NCBI GenBank assembly: GCA_003602575.1
Contig: QQRY01000059.1
Span: 145 to 64,144 of the forward strand
Origin: Candidatus Poseidoniales archaeon
GTDB lineage: Archaea > Thermoplasmatota > Poseidoniia > Poseidoniales > Poseidoniaceae
Length of the DNA: 64,000 nt
Reading direction: 5' to 3'
In this document: piece after piece, positions 47,823 through 57,801 of the stretch
How the letters are laid out: each line of letters opens with the position of its first letter
How positions within the stretch are numbered: position 1 is the stretch's first letter
The notes under the pieces: generated by a model
Told to the model about the DNA's origin: nothing
The model's input: only the letters and a program-made list of their open reading frames with translations
Databases searched by the model: none
Made by a program: the position numbers and the translations under genes

Positions 47823-48587
47823 TCATTTTGACATCTTTGATTTTATCTTATCCAAAATAATTTCCAAATCTTTCTCTCTGACGACTTCATCACAAAACTC
47901 CAAAGGTCTTTCATCCCAAGGGTTGAAGCAAATTGAATAACCTGATTCTTGAAACATACCAATATCTCCTGCTGAATCACCAACAGATGCTGTACGTTTC
48001 TTATTGATTCCAAATCTACGTTGTAACATATTCACAATAGAACCTTTACCATTCATCTGAACCTGATATCTTCCAAAGTCATCAATCAAGAAGTCATCCC
48101 CATATTGTTCTCCCACTAGCCATCCATTTGTGAAAACCGTCAGAAGTGTGTCTTGTCCATTTGCAAATCTTTGCGATGTAAATCTATCAATGCCGCCCCA
48201 TCTACGCTTCCATGGCTTACCATTTGGAAAATGTGCAGCGATATCTCTAGCAGTTTGTTGAAGGCCACCACTAACGATAGCTACTTTAGCACCGTCGTCA
48301 AGAAGTCCTTGTATCAACATGCGCCAATTTTTCATCATTGGCATACCTTCCATATTCTGACGAAGTTCGGAATCAGTTACCGGCTTTTGCGATGAACTTC
48401 TACTCCCTTTAATCAAAGCAATATCAAGTTTAATCCAGTCCCATTCATCTAGTAGACCTTGATTATATAGCTCGAAAGATTCATCATTCGAAAGGCCCAT
48501 TTTGTCATATACAAATTGCCAAGTGGACAAATGGTCAACCAGTACTCTGTCCATATCAAGACACACAAGATAATCTTCTGACTTCAT
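47823..48587 (-). CDS. HAD-superfamily hydrolase (phosphoserine-phosphatase-like, IB)
   Basis: LDMDRVL, IVSGG, K, VGDSAGD. Confidence 0.85.
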   Translation of the reverse strand: MKSEDYLVCLDMDRVLVDHLSTWQFVYDKMGLSNDESFELYNQGLLDEWDWIKLDIALIKGSRSSSQKPVTDSELRQNMEGMPMMKNWRMLIQGLLDDGAKVAIVSGGLQQTARDIAAHFPNGKPWKRRWGGIDRFTSQRFANGQDTLLTVFTNGWLVGEQYGDDFLIDDFGRYQVQMNGKGSIVNMLQRRFGINKKRTASVGDSAGDIGMFQESGYSICFNPWDERPLEFCDEVVREKDLEIILDKIKSKMSK

Positions 48588-48597
48588 AGAATCACAT

Positions 48598-49431
48598 TCA
48601 CTTACTAGTCCAGTCATATTGAGACTGTATTTGCTCTACTTGCTTACCCATAATGTATAGAATCAAAGCAACCATCATAGCGAAAAGTCCAATCAAAGTC
48701 ATTGCAATAGTTGTTAGAGTTACACTTATTGAGGTTGTATTCAATTCGCTAAAGGTATCCACTACATTGCCTGAAAGTTTGTATCCTAGTACAAAAAGAA
48801 CAATGCCTGGTATACCAAAAAGAAGTAGCGGGTGCCTTGTTTCTAACATCCAATAAAATAATTGTGCGAATCTCGAGGCTGTCGCTAATGATTCTCTCTG
48901 TGGCAATCTAATCGCTTTTTGAGTTGGAGTAACTCTGACTTTTAGATCTTCACTGAAGTCTATTGCATTAGATAATGGTGAAGTTTTTGATAATTCGTAC
49001 AACCCTTCTTTAGATAAAACCATATGAGAGAATTCTATAGAGTCGATTACTAAGTCATTGGCATCTATCAAATTTTCACTATCCTCATTAGTAAATGCTA
49101 TGTATATATCCCAAGACTCTCTAATTCTATTTTCTATTACTGGAAAATCACTCAGTTTCCAGTCATCATTTATCATTAGAACTAAATTTGTCATTTCTTG
49201 ATCTAAATTAGATTCCAAAATAAATTTCGACACTTCTTTACATCCAACTTCTGAGTTATAATGATAAACACGGCAATCAAATTCTTCAGCCAACTCTACA
49301 GTCAAATCATTTGAACCCAAGTCAAAAAATACTACTTCCTGAGAAACCTCTCTGGCTCGAACAATTATAGAAATAATCCTCAATTCGAGATCGCGGCCGA
49401 GTAAAATAATCCTCGAACCTTTATTCTGCAT
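48598..49431 (-). CDS. Degenerate GT2-like membrane protein
   Basis: FDLGSND (cf. DDGSSD); HPLLLFGIPG plus 2 TM like the 33243 GT2; no DxD. Confidence 0.65.
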   Translation of the reverse strand: MQNKGSRIILLGRDLELRIISIIVRAREVSQEVVFFDLGSNDLTVELAEEFDCRVYHYNSEVGCKEVSKFILESNLDQEMTNLVLMINDDWKLSDFPVIENRIRESWDIYIAFTNEDSENLIDANDLVIDSIEFSHMVLSKEGLYELSKTSPLSNAIDFSEDLKVRVTPTQKAIRLPQRESLATASRFAQLFYWMLETRHPLLLFGIPGIVLFVLGYKLSGNVVDTFSELNTTSISVTLTTIAMTLIGLFAMMVALILYIMGKQVEQIQSQYDWTSK

Positions 49432-49525
49432 GGCCGTGTCACAGGGTTTTACCTTTCAAACCTATCATGAAAAATAACTAATTATATCTAAAATTAAAGT
49501 AAAAATAACTTATCAAGTACTTTAT

Positions 49526-50488
49526 TTGATATGCCTTATTGGAAGGATTGTGTACCACAAATGGCGTGTAGGTGTTGTTATCCCCGCACGTAATGAAGAG
49601 AATTTCATAGGCACTGTTTTGAGCGATATTCCGAAATTAGTCGATGATGTTATTGTGGTAAATGATGGTTCGACAGATTCTACCGAAGAGGTTGCAAGTA
49701 ATTATTTTGAAGAGGATTATAATCTAGAGATAATTCAAAATCATGGACAGGGAGTCGGTTCGTCTATTGACAGAGGACATCGCAAATTATTGGAAATCTG
49801 TGAAAAGCCATTCATCAGTGTAGTGATGGCTGGCGATGGACAAATGGATCCTGATGATATAGAAAAACTCCTATACCCGATTATTAATGGCGAAGCGGAT
49901 TATTCTAAAGGAGATAGATTTATTCATCCAAAAAATGCCTCCAATATGCCTAAAATCAGAAAACTAGCGAGTATGATTCTAGCTTTTTTCACAACGCTTG
50001 CAGCAGGTCAGAGAATATCTGACCCACAGTGCGGATATACTGCTACCAGTTTCAGAGTGATTGAATCTTGGAACTGGAATAAATCTTGGAAGGGTTATGG
50101 ATATCCTAATTATTGGCTAATCAATCTTGCCAAGATGTCTTGGAGAATATCTCATGTACCGGTTAAATCAATTTATGGTACAGAGAAATCTGGCATAAAT
50201 AATGTATCATTTTTCTTTAAAGTAGGACTTATGATGGCTATTCAACACCATCGCAGAGTATTTTCGAAACTATTCTCAAAAGATATAAATCCGCATATTA
50301 TTTTTTCATTCACCTCCTATTTCATCGGTTGGATTGCTATCTTACCTTGGACTAGTACCGATTTGGAACGGACATTAGTGGAAAGAGGGATTCCGATTTA
50401 TCTCATAGTATTGGTTTCTTGGACTGCAGCCCATATCTTTGACAGACTTTCTGTAAATGTATCAAAGGAGTTGAAGCATAATGCGTAG
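49526..50488 (+). CDS. Glycosyltransferase family 2
   Basis: VVIPARNEE, VNDGSTD, MAGDGQMDP, DPQCGYTA; start may be GTG 49550. Confidence 0.9.
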   Translation: MICLIGRIVYHKWRVGVVIPARNEENFIGTVLSDIPKLVDDVIVVNDGSTDSTEEVASNYFEEDYNLEIIQNHGQGVGSSIDRGHRKLLEICEKPFISVVMAGDGQMDPDDIEKLLYPIINGEADYSKGDRFIHPKNASNMPKIRKLASMILAFFTTLAAGQRISDPQCGYTATSFRVIESWNWNKSWKGYGYPNYWLINLAKMSWRISHVPVKSIYGTEKSGINNVSFFFKVGLMMAIQHHRRVFSKLFSKDINPHIIFSFTSYFIGWIAILPWTSTDLERTLVERGIPIYLIVLVSWTAAHIFDRLSVNVSKELKHNA

Positions 50489-50813
50489 AATGGATAAGAG
50501 AAATAACCCTAGAAAAGCACACGTAAGACATATTCTAGTTGCCAACAAACCTGAGGCAAGAGATATATTGGAACAAATTCAAAATTCAAAAAAACCATTC
50601 AAGGAATTCAAAAAGATGGCTAAAAGATTCTCCAACTGTGCCAGTGGAAGTAAAAAAGGAGACTTAGGCGAATTTATTGAAGGACAGATGGTTTTAGATT
50701 TTGAAAAGGCTGTTTGGGCTACAGAGCCTGAATCAGTCCCTGCTAAATTCATCAAGACACAATTTGGATATCACATTATTTGGGTACATTCGAAAACAGA
50801 CAGTAGTGAATAA
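50481..50813 (+). CDS. Parvulin-type peptidyl-prolyl isomerase
   Basis: VRHILV, AKRFS.C.S...GDLG.F..GQMV..FE, TQFGYHII. Confidence 0.93.
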   Translation: MRRMDKRNNPRKAHVRHILVANKPEARDILEQIQNSKKPFKEFKKMAKRFSNCASGSKKGDLGEFIEGQMVLDFEKAVWATEPESVPAKFIKTQFGYHIIWVHSKTDSSE

Positions 50814-50814
50814 A

Positions 50815-50892
50815 TGGTGGGCGTACCAAGATTTGAACTTGGGTCCAAGCGTCCCAAACGCCCGAGTATAGGCCAAACTAACCCATACGCCC
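50815..50892 (-). tRNA. tRNA-Pro (TGG), CCA encoded
   Basis: GGGCGTA...GGGCG-TTTGGGA-CGCTT...GTTCAAAT...TACGCCC-ACCA. Confidence 0.93.
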
Positions 50893-50926
50893 GTAGTTCT
50901 TGGCCACAACTTCATACCTATGAAGT

Positions 50927-51358
50927 TCACTCAAGAAATTGCCATTTACCACTTTCAATTCTAATGACCAAACCTTGAGTCTCTACATGTTCCATGAAAT
51001 CCACTACATCAATTTCTAAACCATTTTTCTTCAATTTTTGAACTACTATTTTTTGATGGATTATTCCGTTGTCATCACATGAATCTTTGACTACTCGTAA
51101 TCCTAATGATGGATTGTATTCTTTGGTGACTAAAAATGAATCTTCGGAAAGTTTTGAATGAAGTTGTGCCCTTAGTTCCTCAGGAGTATTAGCCAATACT
51201 ACTTTCATTCTCAATTCATTAGAATCTGTTGCTTTATCTACAACTTCTGAGTTATCACCTATTCTTTGACCACAATGAGGGCATGAATGACCGGTACTTT
51301 TGCGTCCATGACAGATCTTACATGCAGGACATCTCAAAACCAACCAAGAATCAGCCAT
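50927..51358 (-). CDS. Zn-ribbon plus winged-helix-like hypothetical protein
   Basis: CPAC...CPHCG N-terminus; C-terminal 'GLVIRIESGKW'. Confidence 0.7.
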   Translation of the reverse strand: MADSWLVLRCPACKICHGRKSTGHSCPHCGQRIGDNSEVVDKATDSNELRMKVVLANTPEELRAQLHSKLSEDSFLVTKEYNPSLGLRVVKDSCDDNGIIHQKIVVQKLKKNGLEIDVVDFMEHVETQGLVIRIESGKWQFLE

Positions 51359-51393
51359 AGTAGTCTGTTAATTCGAGAGTTTTTGAAGATGCC

Positions 51394-52044
51394 TTACAAA
51401 CTGAAATCCGAATTACCACTATTTCTTCTTCCACCAGGCCTCATTGCTGGAGCAGCAGGTGCTTTGACATCCACTCTTTTTTGCTGATTATCTAAAGGTA
51501 CTGTTAACCCTCCTCTAATTGGTCCAGTTGAGGTCTTACCACCAAATGAAAGTGAATTTGGTAGAATCAAAGCTGCCATTGCAACACCATGGTGTTCTGC
51601 ACCAGCAGTTACTTCATCGACCGCTACATCAAACGAAACTACCTCGAGGTCTCTACTTGCTAATCGTCTCTGTAAATTTCGCCTCAAGAGAAGTGAAGTT
51701 TCCTCATAATCTAATTCAGTAGATATAGTCGCAACAACTGCACATTCATCGCCTTCTGGAGTCACACAAGATGCCCATGCAACTCCTGCGCATGCACTTC
51801 CTCCATTATACGAATATGAGGTTGCAATATGGCACTCCACCAATGAACCCAAAGGTAGCGGGCGCGGGGGGGTTGCTTCAAAATTCAATGGCAACATTGC
51901 TCCTTTGACTTCAATTAGCCTTGTATCTCCAAGACCCATTTCAACTAAGCCTTGGTCATATGCATCTTCAGCATTTTCGCCCCATGGGGCAACTGCTGTC
52001 ATCAACCAACCCTGACAAGTTTTCCGTACTCTACCCGGCTTCAT
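51394..52044 (-). CDS. Pyruvoyl-dependent arginine decarboxylase (PdaD)-like protein lacking the Ser-Ser cleavage site
   Basis: AYDQGL..MGLGD.RLIEV|KGAMLP..PLPLGSLV aligns to PdaD AFD.AL..AGI.N.NLI.IS|SI.P..LP.G..V. Confidence 0.75.
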   Translation of the reverse strand: MKPGRVRKTCQGWLMTAVAPWGENAEDAYDQGLVEMGLGDTRLIEVKGAMLPLNFEATPPRPLPLGSLVECHIATSYSYNGGSACAGVAWASCVTPEGDECAVVATISTELDYEETSLLLRRNLQRRLASRDLEVVSFDVAVDEVTAGAEHHGVAMAALILPNSLSFGGKTSTGPIRGGLTVPLDNQQKRVDVKAPAAPAMRPGGRRNSGNSDFSL

Positions 52045-52094
52045 GTTACAAGACAAACGCAAGAGGTTCATGAACAACATGGTTATCGCAATGT

Positions 52095-52400
52095 ATGGTC
52101 GCAGGTTATCGCAAGGTGATTTTAGCGGCCGCTGCTGGACTTATTCTCATCTCAATAATGCTGGCTAGTATTGATGAGAATACATCCAGTATCTTGATTT
52201 TTACAACAATCTTTTCTTCGGCGATAGTAATTCTTTATTGGAAACTATTCGATTCTAATGAAGATAAAGATAATTCTAATTCTGCATCACCAATAAAGAC
52301 ACAAGCAAATATTGGAAAGTCTTCGCCCAATACGGTTTCTTCGATAAGAAGTAAAGTCCCTGACCCACTGGAAGAAGATATTGACATACCACTTATGTGA
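52095..52400 (+). CDS. Small two-TM hypothetical protein
   Basis: Two hydrophobic helices; C-terminal PDPLEEDIDIPLM. Confidence 0.65.
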   Translation: MVAGYRKVILAAAAGLILISIMLASIDENTSSILIFTTIFSSAIVILYWKLFDSNEDKDNSNSASPIKTQANIGKSSPNTVSSIRSKVPDPLEEDIDIPLM

Positions 52401-54305
52401 TCAAAGTAATCTTACTGTTTCAAGATTCTTTGGAGCATAAGTACGACACTTGTACCTCTCTCTTAGAGTATGCCCAAGTTCGTTACACTTGTGATAATCT
52501 CCATGATGGCAAATAATATTCTTAGGTTTAGGATGTAACTGGTCAACAAATTCTAGCAATTGTCTTCTATCAGAATGTCCTGAGAAACCATCGATAGTCA
52601 ACATTTCACAACCTACCTTGACAATTTCGGTTTTTCCATTAATCACCATAGGAACTTCTCCAAATCCTTTTTGCAATCTTCTTCCAAGTGTACCCTCTGC
52701 TTGGTATCCGACAAAACATAGAGAGTTTCTCTCTTCATGAGCCCAGTTCTTGAAATATTCCATAACAGGACCACCATTCAACATACCTGAAGTTGCAAGA
52801 ACAATACATGGAGATGTATCCATCATTATACTCTCTCGAAGTTCACGGCCTTTTACAGGTCTAAACCATTCGCTAGTGAATGGATTCTCCCCATCATCTT
52901 GCAATAATGATTTTCTAAGGCTGCTGGTGAGGTAATCAGGGTGTGAAGAATGAATTGCTGTTGCTTCCTGAATCATTCCATCGAGCCATACAGGAACTGG
53001 CTTAACAGTTCCTGATCTAAATAATTCATCGATTGCAATCATTACTTCTTGGCTTCTACCTACAGCAAAAACAGGACAAATCATTTTGCCGCCTCTTTGA
53101 ATGGTTCTTGCTACAATGTCTTGTAATTCTTGATTAGCCTCTTGTCTGGAAGGTTGATAATCGCCTGAAGCACCATAAGTAGATTCGATGACCAAAGTCT
53201 CAACCTTTGGAAATCTTGTATTAGCAGCGTCAAATAACCAGGACTTCTCGTACTTTTGGTCTCCACTAAATACAATGTTATGCTTACCTTCACCAATGTG
53301 TAGATGTACTGCTGAAGAGCCAAGAATATGTCCTGCATTGGAGAAAGTCAACTTGATATCTGGAGATATATCTGTGGTTTCACCCCAATCAACATCCACT
53401 ACATGCTTCATACATGTTCTAATATCTTCCATATCATAAGCAGGGCTTCTACCTTCTGCCCCGCTGACCTTGATATAATCGGACTGAAGAATGAGCATCA
53501 AATCACGAGTCGGTGGAGTGCAATATACAGGTCCACGGTATCCATATTTGAATAAAACTGGCAACATTCCAGCATGATCTAGATGTGAGTGAGTCAAAAC
53601 TACAGCATCGAGTTTTTCTAAAGGAAGAGCCTCGGGGGCGGTAAAGAAAGGCATTGGGTCTGTGGTAGAAGCAATGTTGACTCCTACGTCAATCATAACT
53701 CGTGATTCATTGGTAGTTACAAAGTGACAAGCTCTACCCACTTCTCTGTACGAACCTAAAGCAGTGACTCTTGCCCATGATGTGCCAGGGCGTGTTGGCC
53801 TGTGCATATTGAGCCCGAAATCTTTCAATAATTTACGACGTTCTTCAGCATTAGCATTGCGATATCCTCTGATATCATGAACTGTCTTTGAGAAAATTGG
53901 TGGAGTTCTTTCAACAATAGGAATCCATCCAGTTTTTTCTCTTATTTCAGCAACATTTGCACCTCTACGACCAACTGCATCACCGGGATTTTGACACTGA
54001 ATTATTACTTCACTAAAGCAACCGTCAAAATAAATTTGAGTTAGTTCTGCACTTTCTGGAATTAGAGATTCAATTATTGATTTAGCTTCTAATTCTGGCT
54101 TGACTATTGACTTATCTGGTCTAACTTTTATCTTTCTGCGAATCTTCTTAGCAATCTTTCCAACAAGTCCATCTCCCCCACCAAACTTCTTTGGTTCAGT
54201 TGTGACAATTGCAATATTTCCTGCTTCTAACTCAACTGTATAATCAATTGATTTAGGCACAATCTTAGATATCTCATCTTTCAATTCTTTAAATGTAAGG
54301 CGCAT
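52401..54305 (-). CDS. fttA: Archaeal CPSF1 / transcription termination factor FttA (KH + MBL + beta-CASP)
   Basis: KH domains, EVGRAC, THSHLDH, ESTYG, FAVGRSQE, FSGHSD; downstream of psmB. Confidence 0.95.
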   Translation of the reverse strand: MRLTFKELKDEISKIVPKSIDYTVELEAGNIAIVTTEPKKFGGGDGLVGKIAKKIRRKIKVRPDKSIVKPELEAKSIIESLIPESAELTQIYFDGCFSEVIIQCQNPGDAVGRRGANVAEIREKTGWIPIVERTPPIFSKTVHDIRGYRNANAEERRKLLKDFGLNMHRPTRPGTSWARVTALGSYREVGRACHFVTTNESRVMIDVGVNIASTTDPMPFFTAPEALPLEKLDAVVLTHSHLDHAGMLPVLFKYGYRGPVYCTPPTRDLMLILQSDYIKVSGAEGRSPAYDMEDIRTCMKHVVDVDWGETTDISPDIKLTFSNAGHILGSSAVHLHIGEGKHNIVFSGDQKYEKSWLFDAANTRFPKVETLVIESTYGASGDYQPSRQEANQELQDIVARTIQRGGKMICPVFAVGRSQEVMIAIDELFRSGTVKPVPVWLDGMIQEATAIHSSHPDYLTSSLRKSLLQDDGENPFTSEWFRPVKGRELRESIMMDTSPCIVLATSGMLNGGPVMEYFKNWAHEERNSLCFVGYQAEGTLGRRLQKGFGEVPMVINGKTEIVKVGCEMLTIDGFSGHSDRRQLLEFVDQLHPKPKNIICHHGDYHKCNELGHTLRERYKCRTYAPKNLETVRLL

Positions 54306-54378
54306 ATTAAAACCTCTTATCCACAACTCAGACAACAATGTGTACTTGACACAATGCAGCGAACTGCGGGAAAATAAT

Positions 54379-55002
54379 TCAAGAAAGTAGTTTCTTGATT
54401 TGGTCTTGGGAAACTTGTACGTAACCATCTTTAGCAGTGATTACGGCCAAATCCATTCCATTGCCGGAGGCCGCATCACGCTGCCCCGATGCGTGAAGGG
54501 AGCGTGCTGCCAGTTTCAATGCTTCGGTCTCAGTCATATTGTCTTTAAATCCATCTTCAAGGACACCATACATGTACGGAGAGCCAGAACCGGTGGCACA
54601 ATATTTGTCAGGAATTGAACCGCCAGCAGAATCGATTGAGTACACATGCCCGCCATCCGGATCAACTCCAACGATTAGTAATTGTACCCAATGTGGCCTT
54701 CCTGAAAGAATATTTGCGGTCAATGTTGCCGCTCCTTTAACGGTCATTGGTTGCTGCCTTCTAAGTTCAAAAAGAGCAACTTCTGCAGAAAGTGTACGGG
54801 AAAGAGACTGAGCATGCCCAACTAATCCTGCAGTTGTTAATGCTAGATTTTCACCTATTTTGAATAACTTCTGGACACTTTTGTTAGCGATAAAATGACC
54901 CATGGTCGCCCTATGGTCTGCTCCAACAACTACTCCACCCTTGAAAGTAATGCCTATGGTACTGGTTCCTGTCTTGACAACATTTGCTTCTGCATTCATC
55001 AT
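54379..55002 (-). CDS. psmB: Proteasome beta subunit
   Basis: Short propeptide then KTG|TSTIG; GSGS; RDAASG; GAGGAG SD. Confidence 0.95.
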   Translation of the reverse strand: MMNAEANVVKTGTSTIGITFKGGVVVGADHRATMGHFIANKSVQKLFKIGENLALTTAGLVGHAQSLSRTLSAEVALFELRRQQPMTVKGAATLTANILSGRPHWVQLLIVGVDPDGGHVYSIDSAGGSIPDKYCATGSGSPYMYGVLEDGFKDNMTETEALKLAARSLHASGQRDAASGNGMDLAVITAKDGYVQVSQDQIKKLLS

Positions 55003-55166
55003 ATCTCCTCGCTGTAATCGACACCTATTGAACATTGGTGCGATTTCCCCTAAACTTGATTGTATTTCAACCCCCCGAAATGGCGACAGTACAATCATAG
55101 CAAAAATAACCTCTGACGGTAGATTTGATGGGAGTGTTCTTGAAGCGTTACCTTTCAGGGGGGGAC

Positions 55167-55751
55167 ATGAGGAGGAAAAAAGGCGTCGAGAAAGATGATG
55201 CACAGTCCTCATTAGATGCATTCTCAAATGTCAATATACCCGAGATGCCTGATTTGGATAGTCTTGCAAAAGCAGATAAAATACTCAAGAATGAGAAAAA
55301 GTTGAATTCCCATGATGAGACTGAGGGATTGAATACCTTCGAAATGCCAAGTATGTCTCCGGTTAAAGAAAAACCTGCAGCACCTAGTGGGCTAATTTAT
55401 CATGACCTCGAAAAATTATATTCTGACCCCCCAATAAAAGAAAACAACAGCGGTTTAGTAGTTCACAGAGCGGTTTTAAATGACATAACAGGTTGTCCTA
55501 CACTACTCAATTGGCTTTCTGATGGACATGCAGCGATAGTTGAAATGAATCGATTGGTTAAGAGAGAAACTGAATTTTCATCAGCCATCAATCAACTTCA
55601 TACTTTCATAGAGGGAGACTTAGGAGGTCAAATAATTCAAATTACAGACAGTCGGTTAATGCTTTTACCACCAGGATGTCGTGGAGTTAAAGGAATAGAA
55701 ATGGAAGCATTCGCGGCTAGTGCAGAAGATCTTGGCAGGCGAAGATTATGA
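55167..55751 (+). CDS. SepF-like cell-division protein with long N-terminal extension
   Basis: C-terminal L..G...IVEM..L....GG.I.QI.D..LMLLPPG; precedes ZPR1 as in other archaea. Confidence 0.7.
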   Translation: MRRKKGVEKDDAQSSLDAFSNVNIPEMPDLDSLAKADKILKNEKKLNSHDETEGLNTFEMPSMSPVKEKPAAPSGLIYHDLEKLYSDPPIKENNSGLVVHRAVLNDITGCPTLLNWLSDGHAAIVEMNRLVKRETEFSSAINQLHTFIEGDLGGQIIQITDSRLMLLPPGCRGVKGIEMEAFAASAEDLGRRRL

Positions 55752-56347
55752 TCGAAGAAAAACCTGTGGACATCCCTTGTCCAATCTGTTCGCTTAAAGG
55801 CGAAGTCAACATGATTGCACATATCAGCGAAATACCTTACTTTGGAGAACATACTCAAGTTACTGTAATGTGCCACAGTTGTGGTTGGAGACAGACGGAT
55901 TTTATTCCAGCAGAAGGAAAAAAAGCTGGTGGATGGACTTTAGTTTTAGAAAATGAGGAGCAACTTAAGTCCAGAATAGTACGTTCATCATCGTGTACAG
56001 TCAGTATACTAGAACTCGATTTACAAGTCAATCCTGGTAGTAGTTCAACTGGATATGTCTCAAATGTTGAAGGTGTACTAAATAGATTTACTAAGATCAT
56101 AGATATGGTACTTGGAGATTTAGATAAAGAAGATTCTATTGAAGATATCGAAAAACTTGAAGCGATGAAATATCAAATCGAAAATGTAGGGACTGATGAT
56201 AATATTAAGTTGACATTAGAATTTCTTGACCCGCATGGACATTCGATGATTATCGATCAGAATGCTACTGAAAGAGAGTTGACAGAAGGGGAATTGGAAA
56301 GTTTACCAGTAGGTCCAGACCCTGCAGTATTTTCCAAAGATGATTAA
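55748..56347 (+). CDS. ZPR1 zinc-finger protein
   Basis: CPIC, IPYFG, CHSCG, VSNVEGVL, DPHGHS. Confidence 0.93.
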   Translation: MIEEKPVDIPCPICSLKGEVNMIAHISEIPYFGEHTQVTVMCHSCGWRQTDFIPAEGKKAGGWTLVLENEEQLKSRIVRSSSCTVSILELDLQVNPGSSSTGYVSNVEGVLNRFTKIIDMVLGDLDKEDSIEDIEKLEAMKYQIENVGTDDNIKLTLEFLDPHGHSMIIDQNATERELTEGELESLPVGPDPAVFSKDD

Positions 56348-57729
56348 ATCGCATCAGAAGCAAGGAATTCACTAACTAAATGCTCATTTTGTGAACGCTT
56401 TTCATGCAGATCTGAAAGCCAATCAGTAGCCCTATCAATGCATAGTTGCTTCATTTCGCCAGCTAGAATCTTACCCGCTCGATAATCGGAATTGAGCGAC
56501 TGTAAGAATTCATCATCATCTTCAAAGAAGTACATCATGTACTGATATGCAACGTCCACATCAGGGTTACCACCTAACCTTCTATGTTCTTCTATAGTTG
56601 ACTGACCACCAGAATATGCTCGCTTGATTTTCTTGATAACTTGGTCGATATCATCATCTAAGAATAGAGTTGTTTTCGGCTTACTACTACTCATCTTATC
56701 ACCTGTCAAGCCTACTGCAAAGTGATGATATGTCGAAGAGGGTGCCATAAGACCCATTCCTCCTAATTGTCTTTCATACTGTAATAACTTACTACGAATT
56801 CTAATTTTGTCCTTAGATGTTGCCCCTGGAACATTTACAGTACCATTTTTTGGATTAGAAATTATATCAGAAAATCCAAGTGATGTTAGTTGTGAAACTA
56901 TTCCATCAAAAATACTTTTCAGTTTCTGTTTATCGATTCTTCCATTGGGTTGTTGTCCCAAGAGTTCTGCATTATCTTCTTGGATTGAGAGCCCTATCAC
57001 AACTCCTGAATTTTTTCCATCATTGACATTAAACCAATTTGTTTTTGACGCCAAACCCCTAGTCAATCTAAGATGTGGGTCTTGGTCAACGCCGACTGGA
57101 ACAACAATAGGTCGCAAGCCCCCATAGTCCTCAGTTTGCGGATGTAAGATATCACCTACTTGCACCATTGGAGCCTGAACATGGGCTAAATTAGTATCTC
57201 CAGAAAATCCATAAATTGATTCAAACTCATTAAGATTAGTTCTCTTACCCAATTGGAATCCTAGCCTCTGTACAATTGGTCTACTCGATTGAAAATATAC
57301 TTGTGTCTTTTCAGGATCTAATCCTAATGCAGCATAATTAGAGATATATTGGTTTAAGGCAATATCTCTTCCTTTAGAAAGTGAAATACCACGAGTTGCT
57401 TGACTTTCCAAATCTGCAACAGCAATAGTTACATCTCCGCCTTGCTTTTGAAACCACTTTACTTGTTCGATAACCATTGAGTGGCCCATGTGCATTTTTC
57501 CACTAGGCATCAAGCCGGTTAGAACACCAAATTTCCCCCCCGAATTCTTAGCATCAAGGACCACGTCTAAGTCTCTGTGTGCAAAAATTATACCCCTACG
57601 ATGAAGTTTAGATGGTTCTTTCATCTGAACATTATCCATGGATGAAAGACCGAACTGTTCTATAATTCTAGAATAATCAGTAGATTGATTACTGCTCCAA
57701 GGGTCAATCTTAACATCTCCCCCTCCCAT
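56344..57729 (-). CDS. trpS: Tryptophan--tRNA ligase
   Basis: TGLMPSGKMHMGH, PVGVDQDPH, KMSSS. Confidence 0.95.
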   Translation of the reverse strand: MGGGDVKIDPWSSNQSTDYSRIIEQFGLSSMDNVQMKEPSKLHRRGIIFAHRDLDVVLDAKNSGGKFGVLTGLMPSGKMHMGHSMVIEQVKWFQKQGGDVTIAVADLESQATRGISLSKGRDIALNQYISNYAALGLDPEKTQVYFQSSRPIVQRLGFQLGKRTNLNEFESIYGFSGDTNLAHVQAPMVQVGDILHPQTEDYGGLRPIVVPVGVDQDPHLRLTRGLASKTNWFNVNDGKNSGVVIGLSIQEDNAELLGQQPNGRIDKQKLKSIFDGIVSQLTSLGFSDIISNPKNGTVNVPGATSKDKIRIRSKLLQYERQLGGMGLMAPSSTYHHFAVGLTGDKMSSSKPKTTLFLDDDIDQVIKKIKRAYSGGQSTIEEHRRLGGNPDVDVAYQYMMYFFEDDDEFLQSLNSDYRAGKILAGEMKQLCIDRATDWLSDLHEKRSQNEHLVSEFLASDAI

Positions 57730-57801
57730 AGAATAGCCTCATATCGTGGGCAGACCAATCAGCCATGAAGGCTTCGCTCATTATCGAGCCAAAGTGCCCT
57801 T

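Noticed and set aside
3650..50892. Integrated elements at the four tRNA genes
   Set aside because: I noticed no integrase, transposase or duplicated tRNA 3' ends (att sites) in the window
50733..50930. 65-aa minus-strand ORF
   Set aside because: Runs through tRNA-Pro
54339..54367. Two small hairpins upstream of fttA
   Set aside because: Only 4-5 bp stems, expected by chance
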